A stretch of 63,541 nt of DNA, the filler included, from Lenisia limosa (Eukaryota; Protista; Breviatea), in NCBI GenBank assembly GCA_001655205.1. It is 9 parts of 9 records of this genome, joined end to end, with 100 filler letters (N's around TTAATTAATTAA, not from the genome) between each part and the next. Parts side by side here need not be neighbours in the genome. Positions count along the whole stretch, not along the records: positions 1 to 6,914 come from LPNZ01007687.1; positions 7,015 to 21,755 come from LPNZ01011051.1; 7 more parts are not named here. The stretch is one strand, 5' to 3'. The notes below the pieces were generated by a model, which worked only from the letters and a program-made list of their open reading frames with translations, had not been told where the DNA came from and did no database searches. This document shows, piece by piece, positions 1 to 10,200 of the stretch. Every line of letters begins with the position of its first letter. Position 1 is the first letter of the stretch. The position numbers and the translations under genes were made by a program.

Positions 1-474
1 CCATGTCGGACGAACCCAGCTTTTCTATTGATCCTTGGAAACTTGCAGAGCACCTTCCCATTCATGACCCCCGTTGAACCCCTTGCCAGATCCGCTCTCT
101 ACTCTTGCCAATTGAATACTCAAGAGTTAATTAATATGATTCAAGCAGCCAACAAGGAGAATATTTCATGTGAGAAAACTGCTGAGGCTTGGGCAGTGAT
201 TGCTGAACATCGTGACCAAATTACCGAAAAGAAAATTAAGTTCTTTGAAGACAATCCAGGTGTTTTACCATGGAATGACAAAAAATTTGTTGGAAAGACT
301 CAACTTCAACCTTTTGAAGCTGAAAAGAAGAAGAGAAAGAGCATTGCTACACATTCTGCAGATCATTGGACTGAAGTATTGTTGGATAATCGGAAGAAAG
401 AAATTACAATAATCAAGAAAGCTAATATCAAAGAAAAAAAGAGAAAACATGCAGAAGCAAAAATAGGTTTTTAA
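1..474 (+). mobile_element. Possible C-terminal part of a pogo/Tigger (DDE-1) transposase, open from the window edge
   Basis: The frame is open from base 1. GVLPWNDKKFV and a basic KKKRKSI...KKANIKEKKRK tail resemble pogo-family C-termini. Motif-level resemblance only. Confidence 0.3.
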
Positions 475-1930
475 ATATTGTGCAAAATTGGAATGACTTT
501 TCAGGAAAGGGGAAGGCCAAGACTACAAAATAGCGCCTTGTGAAGAAAAATAGGAAATAGAAGTTTGTCATTTAGTTTTATGTCTTACTTTTAGAAGACA
601 ATCTCATTCTGAGTGTCTACATTTTTAGATTGCTTTTTATGAGCAACCAGCAGAAAGTAAAAATTAACGAAATTAAAACAAAATTTTTAAAAAATTATTC
701 GAAAGTTTCGGAAGTTCAGTTCACCCCCTTTTCACAGAGTTTTTATTTTTATTTTGACCCCCTCTTTTTAAGCTTTTTTCCCAAGTTGATTTTCTCTAAC
801 ATTTTTTTTAACAGAATCAAGAAGAAGACATCCAAATCAGTTATTTGCCACCATTTTTTTGAATAACAAATGATATCTAGGTCCTCGGATATATGTTACT
901 AAGTTGGCATATTTGGTCCGCTGAAACATGATTAGTAAAAGTTTGAGGGTATATGAAGGACTATTTGGGACATTCACAGTACTCTTCAAAATATTTGTTG
1001 TATGAAGTTTTAATTTGTTTCTTTCCAATTGTATTTCATCTTATTATAGGTTCTGAATAACGATACGAGAGTTTCCAATTTACCTGTCTCATTTTAACAG
1101 GTTTTGAGAGAATAATTCATCCGAAAAGCGTAAATTTGAAGTTGGTGGGTATTTATATGGACAAAATAGGACAATAATGGTCCTTTCATCTCATATATCA
1201 CTTGGTCTTTGACAACTGGCTTGATGAGATAATTGGAACAAGGATGCCACAATTAAATGAAGTAGTCTCACCTCCAAGGACCAGCTTCATTCGATGTGAT
1301 AACAAATCAGGATTTTCCTCCAGCTCATCGGTTGTTGGCATAAACAGTGACCTTTTTGAGACAACAAACAGCTCAGCAACTTCCCCTTCTACAAATAGGT
1401 ATATGAGGGAGATTCAGTGTAAGGGGGTCGACTTCATAGACAAGCTGAACTATAAGAAATGTCTTATTGTATTCGTTGTTCTTACCGCCTTAGCATCTTT
1501 TTAGACGTAATATCATCAAGCCGNNNNNNNNNNNNNNNNNNNNNNNNNNNNNNNNNNNNNNNNNNNNNNNNNNNNNNNNNNNNNNNNNNNGACATCAATT
1601 TTGAGCTGGTGTTTGATAAAGGCTGCAAGGATGACTCATGTTATAGCACTCATTCAAGTCAAAAAAAATCAATCAAGGAAACAATTGAGTACGTTGAGGG
1701 TGACAAAGACCCATAATCATACGATATAATGGATTAAAACTATTTGTGTGATCTTCTAAAAATACTTATAAACATAATTACACAACTATCTTTGAAATGC
1801 AGCTCAGATTCCGTGTTTGACTCATTAGTACAGTCCTGCGTCTCAGCATCCTTGGGCATCTAACTTGTTATGAGGGGATGTAAATGGCTTGAATAATGAT
1901 CAATATCTCAGTTTGAAGGAAGAGTGAAAG

Positions 1931-2505
1931 GTGGAGATACCAGTACAGAATATTAGTGAAACAAAACTTTTCAACGAAACCTATCATTACTATAAGCAAA
2001 GGGGCGGGAAGGGACTTGCAACAATCACGGCTTTTGAAAAAGCCACTTGTAATCGCATACCGTCTCTAAAGCCCTTCTTTTTTTACTTTTCATCAATGGC
2101 CAAAGGAATGTCTTACTGCCGCTTGAATGAGCCAATCTCCACAAAATGGTTTTCAAAGCTGCCCGGGTCTCATTTCATGAGATCCGGGGCTCCCCGGAAG
2201 ATGACAGATTTTAAGAATGCTCATAAAAAATGGATTGACTGTATTGATGTTGTTCCTGACCGTATTCATCGTAAATACTTTAAAGCGACTAATAATACCG
2301 TTGAAGACACTGTTGAACTTGAAAATGAAGTACCTGCCGGTCAGAAGGTAATGCTGCTACATTTGGTGATGCTGTACTGCTCTACGATGATGATGGAAAG
2401 TTTGAAAATATATTTAGTAAATCACCAAGAGAAATAAATCCTAAACTCGATGTTAAGAAGACACGTCGTGAAATCAGAGCAAAAATGAGTGCCAAAGTTA
2501 CATAA
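1931..2505 (+). pseudogene. Hypothetical AT-rich ORF among degenerate ORF fragments (about 600-2860)
   Basis: 168-aa ORF with a possible donor at AAG|GTAATG (about 2348) and a short downstream exon ending VT*. Neighbouring frames are broken by stops and frameshifts. Confidence 0.25.
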
Positions 2506-2885
2506 ACAATATTTTTTTTATATTTAAAAAATGTCATACCCAGAAATTCCAATCAAAACAATCCGCACAATTCCTCCCTGCATATGTAATGTAAATTACG
2601 AAGATAGAAAGAAACCATGTAAAAAGCATTCTGATAAGAAAACATTAATTGAAAATACCATTAATAGTGAACGCGGTGCTGAAAAAAACATTCCTGAAGA
2701 ACAAATTAAGTTAGAGGACTGCAAGAATATATTTTAAACGAAGTGTACAATAAAGAAAACAACAAGGTAGAAGTGTTTGTTATTCAAAAAAATAATGTTA
2801 AACGAAAAACATATTCTGCAGCTGCTTTTCGGTCCGGGTGGTAGGCCTGGCTGAATCAACAATACATCAAACACAAAAAAAGAAA

Positions 2886-4674
2886 CTAATCACGTGTTGG
2901 CTGCTGAGGGGGTTTGGGTCCACCTGCAGGTTTTGCCATTATAATTTGGTCAGCTTTCAAAACCAGTTGTGCAACCTCAGTTGCTATTCTTAGAGCTTGC
3001 TTTTTAATATAGAGGGAATCATAAATCTTCAGTTCATCACAACTTGAAAGGCACTTTTTAAAAAGAACATATCAAACTCTTCTTTCAACATCAATTGCCA
3101 CTTCTCTAATAAGCACGCAATGGCGAAACTCTGACAAAATAGATATTGAATTCATTCCAGAATTTTCAAGAATAGATTTTGGAACAGTTTCTAATGCCCG
3201 GTTAATCATTTTTTCAAAAAAAAACTGTAGCAAACTTGAGACACACAAACTTTTCAAGACCAAGGAGAGACGCTGCCCACTTTGAAATTTGTGTTCCCAT
3301 CAAAAGTGAAAAATACAAGCATACAAACATTTCTGCAAAACCAGCTCCATTAATAAAATTATTGTGATGTAAAGATTGTTTGAATACATTTAATGAATCA
3401 TTTATTGCTCTTTCAATATCATCTAAAATATTATCTGTTGGACCACGTAGAAGAATAGAAACAAATGAGAAACTGTCATCATTTCTCGGCCTAAATATAG
3501 TCATCTAATGTTAGTAGAGAAAAACAAACTCTCTTATTGGCAATTTCCTGAACACATACTGATTGACAAATCCCTAATTCTTCATTTGTTGGAATTCCTA
3601 TTCTAGAAAGAGGAATACCAGATAAAGATTTTGATAATCTTAGCAACTCAAATTTTGATAAAACCTTCAGACATAAAATCGCATTTGCCTCAAAATAATG
3701 AAGAGCCAAATCGCTCACACTACTTCCACAAATCACCACATTTATACCAGATTGTGATAATCCTTTAACAATACACGCAAGTTCATCCTCCTCAGTTTTG
3801 GAAAAATTTAAAAGATCATCCGCATTTTGAACCAAAACATTTCCTTTAGTTTCAGCTTGAGATCCTACAAATGGGCACCAAAATAAACAAAAATTAAAAA
3901 AACGTAAAAATAGCAATTTTTGCATTGTTAACTTCAGTAATTGATCCTTCTGGAATGCGATTTATAACCATTCCAGAAATAAACTCACTATCATTGATTG
4001 AACCTCCAACAACTTTTGTTATTCTCACTCTTTCAGGTTCAAATTTCGTTTTAATACTCTCACAGGCTTCAAGAACAAGTGGAAGGAGAGTGCTTTGAAA
4101 GGCATGCTGCTTAGCACTAATTGGTGCTTTTAAAATATTTAATGCATCATTATTGGGGCGTAAAGAGAGTTGTGGTATTTCATCACATAATGATATAAGT
4201 TTCTTAAGCGAAACTCGAAGAGAACTGGATATTTCACTTGGATGCAATCCTTAATGTTATATAAAGGAAAAACCCATTAAAAGCAGATCTTTACAAGCAA
4301 GTAAAACTGAACCAGCAAAAACAGTCACTAGATTGGTGGCATCTCCCAACTCATCATCCTGCATTTTTGACGCATTTGCTATGAGTTTCGCAGCAGGATG
4401 TTGAACTTCAAGTTCCAAAATAACACAAACTATTTCAAACTGAGAGGATTGTTGCCGCATCTGAGGTCACAAATAACTTTTCAAGATGATTGATGACCAT
4501 TTTATTCATTCAAAATAAATTAAAAATCTCCAACCCGTTGGGTCCAAGGGATGTTTGACCAACTTCCATTAACTTCGCACATGCATCAACATTCTTAATC
4601 AAAGCTTCCTCCACGCCAGAGAGCATCGATGACCCTTCTTTCATAATATCATTAATCCCAGTCCTTAATGCCAT
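2886..4674 (-). CDS. CCT8: T-complex protein 1 subunit theta, with 8 tiny introns
   Basis: Spliced translation gives the diagnostic motifs SLGPNGMNKMVINHLEKLFVTSDAATILSELEVQHPAAK, MGLHPSEI, CPF..ETKG, LRGPTDNILDDIERAIND and DQIIMAKPAGGPKPP, then TAG. Introns: 4511-4534, 4416-4440, 4250-4273, 3879-3903, 3505-3529, 3301-3324, about 3225-3250, 3054-3077. Confidence 0.95.
3301..3324 (-). other. 24-nt intron with GT...TG ends (CCT8 intron 6)
   Basis: GTATGCTTGTATTTTTCACTTTTG is in frame and stop-free. Removal gives an ungapped 28-residue match to the remembered PGGGATEIELAKQI...GLE segment of human CCT8. Confidence 0.65.
3879..3903 (-). other. 25-nt intron with GT...TG ends (CCT8 intron 4)
   Basis: GTTTTTTTAATTTTTGTTTATTTTG contains no AG. 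Removal joins AKIAIFT-CPF. Confidence 0.85.
4416..4440 (-). other. 25-nt intron with GT...TG ends (CCT8 intron 2)
   Basis: GTTTGAAATAGTTTGTGTTATTTTG. Removal joins ILS-ELEVQH. The internal AG and the next downstream AG are both out of frame. Confidence 0.85.
4511..4534 (-). other. 24-nt intron with GT...TG ends (CCT8 intron 1)
   Basis: GTTGGAGATTTTTAATTTATTTTG. Removal joins GG+A ATG AAT AAA = G-M-N-K. Retention puts TGA in frame. Confidence 0.85.
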
Positions 4675-4977
4675 TCTGATGAATATTTGTTTTTAAACTT
4701 GGCAGATTTGCTGCAATTAACTGCCAGGGGGGGTGACCCGCTTTGTATAGGTACCACATGATATCATATAAAAAAGGCTAATTTCGCTACTCATTTAATT
4801 TCAGAGTCGGTGGGGCCTCCCAGATAACTAATAGGTGCTAATGTCCACATATTTAGTTTTTCCCCGAGTGTCAGAGAAAACAGTTAAACAATTATTTAAG
4901 TGTATTATTAGTTTCCTATACCGTTGCAATCCCCTTCGCCAGCCCTTCACCTCCCAGCTTACTCTAACTTACTTCAG

Positions 4978-5439
4978 ATGATCGTCATCAATGGCCGCGA
5001 AGCGAAGGTCGGTCCCTCACCATCCTTTGTTCCGCAAGTCCTTCAGACTATTGGGGAGGACGCACCCACGTCACCTTATTTGGAAAATGACGATTCTATA
5101 ATTGTATATTCAACAAAAAAGAAGAATGGTAAGCATCATCGATACAAGCATGTTGAAAAAGAAATCAACTCTATTTCTTTAGAATCTTGAAAGACATAAA
5201 AAGATACATTAGTCCTTTCGGGCCTTCTTAGTATTACTCAGTACGTTTGTGACACTTTCATACCTGAAGTTGAGGCGGATAGGGCAAGGTTTGATCAACC
5301 TTCCACTGCTCCTGCATTTATCGTGGATGGTCATACTTCCCTATATGCACCAGTTGCACTGGAAGCCCTCAGGCATCATCACATTTTCGTTTACATGCTA
5401 CCATCCCATTCTTTCCAAGCCCCTAGCTGTGACCTTTAG
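4978..5439 (+). mobile_element. Degenerate pogo/Tigger-family DDE-1 transposase fragment
   Basis: YVCDTFIPEVEADRARF...FIVDGHTSLY...HIFVYMLPSHSFQAPSCD matches the DDE-1 pattern F-I-P / DGH-S / LP-HS-H-QP-D. Interrupted by stops and frameshifts. Confidence 0.6.
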
Positions 5440-6050
5440 TCTTGAAGTGGAGATGGGCATGAAAAATAACTAAAAAGACGGAAATGAAAAGATAGAAAAA
5501 AAGAAAGAAAAAAAAAAAAAAAAAANNNNNNNNNNNNNNNNNNNNNNNNNNNNNNNNNNNNNNNNNNNNNNNNNNNNNNNNNNNNNNNNNNNNNNNNNNN
5601 NNNNNNNNNNNNNNNNNNNNNNNNTGTCCGGAGCTTTGAGGACTCACATATATCATATGCGGCCGTTCAAAATTCTGGTTTTCTTGAGTAATTCTGCTTT
5701 TTTTTCTTTATTTTAAGAGATTCACTCTTTTTGAAAAACAAGTCAAAAATGTATGTGTATATTGTGTGTTTATCTCGTAAAATTAGAAGTAAAATGATCT
5801 TGACTTCATTTTCGGGGTGATTTGTTTTCTACTGTATTTCAAAAANNNNNNNNNNNNNNNNNNNNNNNNNNNNNNNNNNNNNNNNNNNNNNNNNNNNNNN
5901 NNNNNNNNNNNNNNNNNNNNNNNNNNNNNNNNNNNNNNNNNNNNNNNNNNNNNNNNNNNNNNNNNNNNNNNNNNNNNNNNNNNNNNNNNNNNNNNNNNNN
6001 NNNNNNNNNNNNNNNNNNNNNNNNNNNNNNNNNNNNNNNNNNNNNNNNNN

Positions 6051-6900
6051 CAGAATTTTGAACGGCCGCATAATGGATATGAATGATATGCTGCTGCGCA
6101 GAAACCGTGTCATTTATTCGATATCGTGTCATTTATTGTTTTTTGGTTTTCCCTCCCAAAAAGAGTTATGCCTTTATCCCTTTGTCCATTTCAATCTCAA
6201 CCACTTCACTTTTGCAAAATATATTTACAGTTACTTTTTGGATTTATTTTTCCTCTTTTCCTTCAACTTTGTGACAGTCTTATCTTGGCCCAAGAATTCC
6301 ACCTTTGTTAGGTGGGGCATTTCTTGCTCTATCAGGTTTTAATTCATCCTTTGTCGCATATATGAGTACTACCTACCTGTCCTGGACGAATTGACACCAC
6401 TTGCTCTCCGCGTTCTAAAACAAAGAATTTTACGGGCTTTAGTATAATATCAGTTGAAGGACCAATGTTTGAAACAGACTTCACAACAGATTCAAGAATA
6501 TCACGTTGGTTTTCAGACTCCAATAAAGCTCTGGATATTAACGGAAGCTTTTTGAGAACAGAGCTATCTCGTAACTCAAGAACAGCCAATGTCGCTGCAG
6601 ACCCCTGTAAGAATCCTTTTTCAACATCACTGAGTGTATCCACTGCTTCATCATTCAAAACCATGGCTTTGGCTTGCAGCGCAATGGCTTGGTCTGGAGC
6701 GAGATCTTCACCAGAATCTAAGATCTGAGCGGCTCTTCTGAATTCAGCAGTTTCAGAAAGGCTTTTCTATGAATGTTGGTTTTCCTGGAACAAGAAGGTA
6801 CAGGTTAGGCGCTTCCAATGGAGCAAAGCAATTACTGAAACTCTATAACGCCTTTTTCGGATATCCTTCACTTTCAGTTGGTCTATACAATGCACCATTT
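6051..6900 (-). CDS. Hypothetical multi-exon gene fragment
   Basis: About 130-codon open exon (KSLSETAEFRRAAQ...VVSIRPGQ|GTAGGT) plus smaller exons. Cut by a contig end and an N gap. Confidence 0.5.
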
Positions 6901-6914
6901 TGAAATTTTCCAAT

Positions 6915-7014
6915 NNNNNNNNNNNNNNNNNNNNNNNNNNNNNNNNNNNNNNNNNNNNTTAATTAATTAANNNNNNNNNNNNNNNNNNNNNNNNNNNNNN
7001 NNNNNNNNNNNNNN
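6915..7014. other. Artificial 100-bp scaffold spacer N44-TTAATTAATTAA-N44
   Basis: Six-frame stop 12-mer centred in Ns. Recurs at 6959, 21800, 27157, 54112, 56131, 59449, 60671 and 62232. Confidence 0.95.
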
Positions 7015-7230
7015 CGTGGAATTATCCCGCATTTTAATACTTTTCGCGCTTTATTTATTTTTATTTTCTTTTTGTTATTTTTTTTTTGCCAAATCAAACA
7101 AAGCGACCACCATGATTTTTTTTGAGAGTTATTATCAAGGATGAATTGAGAAATCGGAGGGTCACTTTTCACCACACACTGAAGAAAGGGAAATTAAATA
7201 CAAATTGGAATACAGAGCCTGATATTTTAG

Positions 7231-10200
7231 GGAACATTTGATGGGACTTCAGCCATTGATGTCGCCTCCCGCGAAGCTAGTAAGCACTGAGTAATAATGA
7301 GGAATAACAAAAGGTCGTCAGTAACATCTTCTATGATATTCATAAAACGTTTCTCCTTTGCTTACGCAATAGGCGTGGGCGCTTTCTCGAAGCTCGTCTC
7401 GGCGGGAGAGGAGACGCAGCATTTCGGGTAGGCCTGGGGTGTTTGGCTGGCACAGAAAGAAACTTCAACAAAACCTCAATAACCCCTCAATGAGTTCCAG
7501 TATTCTATCGCTTTTTTCCTCCAAAGTAAAAACCACCTATCCCACAGCTTCCGGCTGGAAAAGGCCCTCAACACCTTCACGACGGTGTTGGCAGTAGGCG
7601 CCCGGTGCGGGGCGTTGGCTAAGACTGTGTCTGCCTCATCCGTGGGAATCATTGCGCAACGCCAGAGCCTCGGCCAACTCGGCTCTAATGTCGTACATGT
7701 AAGGGGGCAGATTGCAGAGTGCTTGAAAGTGAATGAGTATAGATATTTCACCCAGCTTTTTCGTGGCAAATTAATAATAATATGAGCTTGATACGATCAA
7801 GATTTTTACCTTATCCACACCCATAATCACCCTTTTCACTCTACCCGCACTTTTTTCCTTATCGCTCTGTCTTATATTCGCCACACTTATCAACTCTGTA
7901 GGGTCTTGGAGCGGGCGGCTTTAGTGTTCCCGATCTAACAGGCCTGCTAACTCCCGATGACGACGGCTGCGTGTCTGCCCAGGCCTGGGACACCAGTGTG
8001 GTATGAGGGAAGGTTTTGGAGGGTTCACTTTTGGTACAAAAAAAACCTATTCATGCTGTGTGAAGAATGTCTATTTATGCCGGGTGAAGAATTTATTCAT
8101 GCCGGGTGAAGAATGTCTATTCATGCCATGTGAAGAATATTCAAGATACATAGTCTTTAAACTGCTCTTTACCTGTATATTACTGCTCTTTACCTGTATA
8201 TTGTGCGACTGAGTATGCACCGGTTCTGGACATTCGGTTTATTCCTACAGAATGTGGTGGAGGCAGAGGAGACAGTGGGCGATCAGACGTTCAAGGTCGT
8301 GGCACCATGGAGGTGGGGGGGATATCAACTATCAGAGTTATTGCGGGAGTGTATCATAACAACAAGGCTAAGATCAACTATTTCCACTCAAGTATAGCCC
8401 TTTTAAAGATTAACATTCCGTATAAAGAAATCACAATAACCCTACTTACCATATTAGGAGTTTGGACATTGCCGGTCACGTGGTATCCGGCCTCACGACA
8501 CCAATCCAAATTGAGATCACTCACCCAGCTCAGGTTGGTATGGATCCGAATGAGGTCTTTTCGATTTCTTGTCTGAATGAAGTACCCCATTCTTTCTCCT
8601 TTTGCCCATTGTCGCATCTCACAAGTCCCAGGCTTCTAACGATGTGATGCGAAGGAAGTGCCTCTATTTTGACACTGACTCAAAGACTTACAAGACTAAT
8701 GGTTTGCTGTATTTCTCGGACCGGTAATGTCAGCTTTTCAAGCAATAATTGCTGGGATTGCCAATTTCAAGACTTAACATTCACGGGTAGAGAAGGTAAT
8801 AATACCTCGCATTCTCTTGGTGTACTTTAAAACTGAGAAAAAAGAGGCAGAACTTGGCAATCAGTATATACTCCTCTCGCGACATAGCTCACCACGCCTG
8901 ACACTTTAGGTTGTACCGTAGTGTCTACAACAGCAACTACGACGATTTGCTCCGTTGGGGGGTGGGGGTAATATCATTTTGAAACAATAGTAATCGAAAT
9001 GAATTTGAAGACACATATATTCGGGTTTGAAAATAGAATACAGTGTGGTTATTCCTGCACCAGAGTAAGGCTTACCCCCCTTCCAGTGTAACCATTTAAC
9101 ATCCTTCACTGTGTCATCTTCCGACCCTGCTGATGATGTGCCAGACATTAACCTGGTCGACCCCACTGCCCCTCCCTCCAACTTTGAGGTACAATATACA
9201 CTGTCGTACACTGCATCATGTTGTAATTTATTTTTAAAAAAACTTGGAACATATCACATATAATATTGCAAATTATTAGTGTTTTCTTTCAAACAGTTCA
9301 TTCTTAACCCCCCCCCCTCCCTAGAGCATGACCACACTCTATGTGGTAGTTGCTGTTTGGATTGTTTACGTCTGCCTCTTCCCTGCATTATTCATGGTAA
9401 GACTGAAAGATAGCTGTAAGACAAGAAATTAAGGTCAAATATTATTACACCATAATCAATAACAATAGNNNNNNNNNNNNNNNNNNNNNNNNNNNNNNNN
9501 NNNNNNNNNNNNNNNNNNNNNNNNNNNNNNNNNNNNNNNNNNNNNNNNNNNNNNNNNNNNNNNNNNNNNNNNNNNNNNNNNNNNNNNNNNNNNNNNNNNN
9601 NNNNNNNNNNNNNNNNNNNNNNNNNNNNNNNNNNNNNNNTCATTTAAGCATTTATTTCCCTTCTTTCTTCTCGGTACCTGGTGCGAAAGTATTTTGGCTG
9701 TTTAGTAAAAAGCACACCAATATAGTTCATCAAGCATATCATCAAACAAAAACCTGACAGTTATTAAGGCTCCATGTCATCACAGGCGACATTGTTGATG
9801 GCCTCCAAATAACCGCTAAATGTCGCCTTACGCGTACTGTGAAGCTAGAGGAATCAGAGTGTCCAGTGTCAAACATGAAGTCAAGCTTACTACATCACTG
9901 CTCCAGTACCATTGCTGGGATATTAGCATCTATAAAATGTGTCACTGTCAAATAATGTATGGTACAATATTTGAATGAGTTTAAAAAAAGAGATGCCGGG
10001 TGTGCACAGAAGGCTTTTTGGGAAATCTCAGCAACAACCGTCGGACCAAAACGAAGAAAACTTGCCTCACAAGATTTGAGTACAAATGAAAGCGAGCTTT
10101 AAAATATCGGCGAAGAATTAATAGCGTGCATCTGCACTAAACAACTTCACCAAACTGCTAAATCCAACTGACTTCCTCGTCCGTCTAAATCCAACCGACA

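Noticed and set aside
2886-4674. Nucleomorph origin for the tiny-intron CCT8
   Set aside because: Chlorarachniophyte nucleomorph introns are 18-23 nt and GT-AG, in gene-dense, TE-free DNA. Here the introns are 24-26 nt and the gene is flanked by transposase relics and decayed ORFs. A second organism in general is not excluded.
5817-6132. ORF-track entries consisting mostly of X (also 24144-24676, 31787-32213, 38510-39387 and others)
   Set aside because: They stay open only because N runs contain no stop codons.
6959-6970. Recurrent TTAATTAATTAA palindrome (8 copies)
   Set aside because: It is always centred in a 100-bp N spacer and gives stops in all six frames, so it is an assembly artefact.
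7476-7769. Minus-strand 97-aa ORF resembling a LINE C-terminal Cys/Trp-rich region
   Set aside because: It is the shadow of a + strand exon (7548-7693) that splices in phase into the polycystin-like gene.
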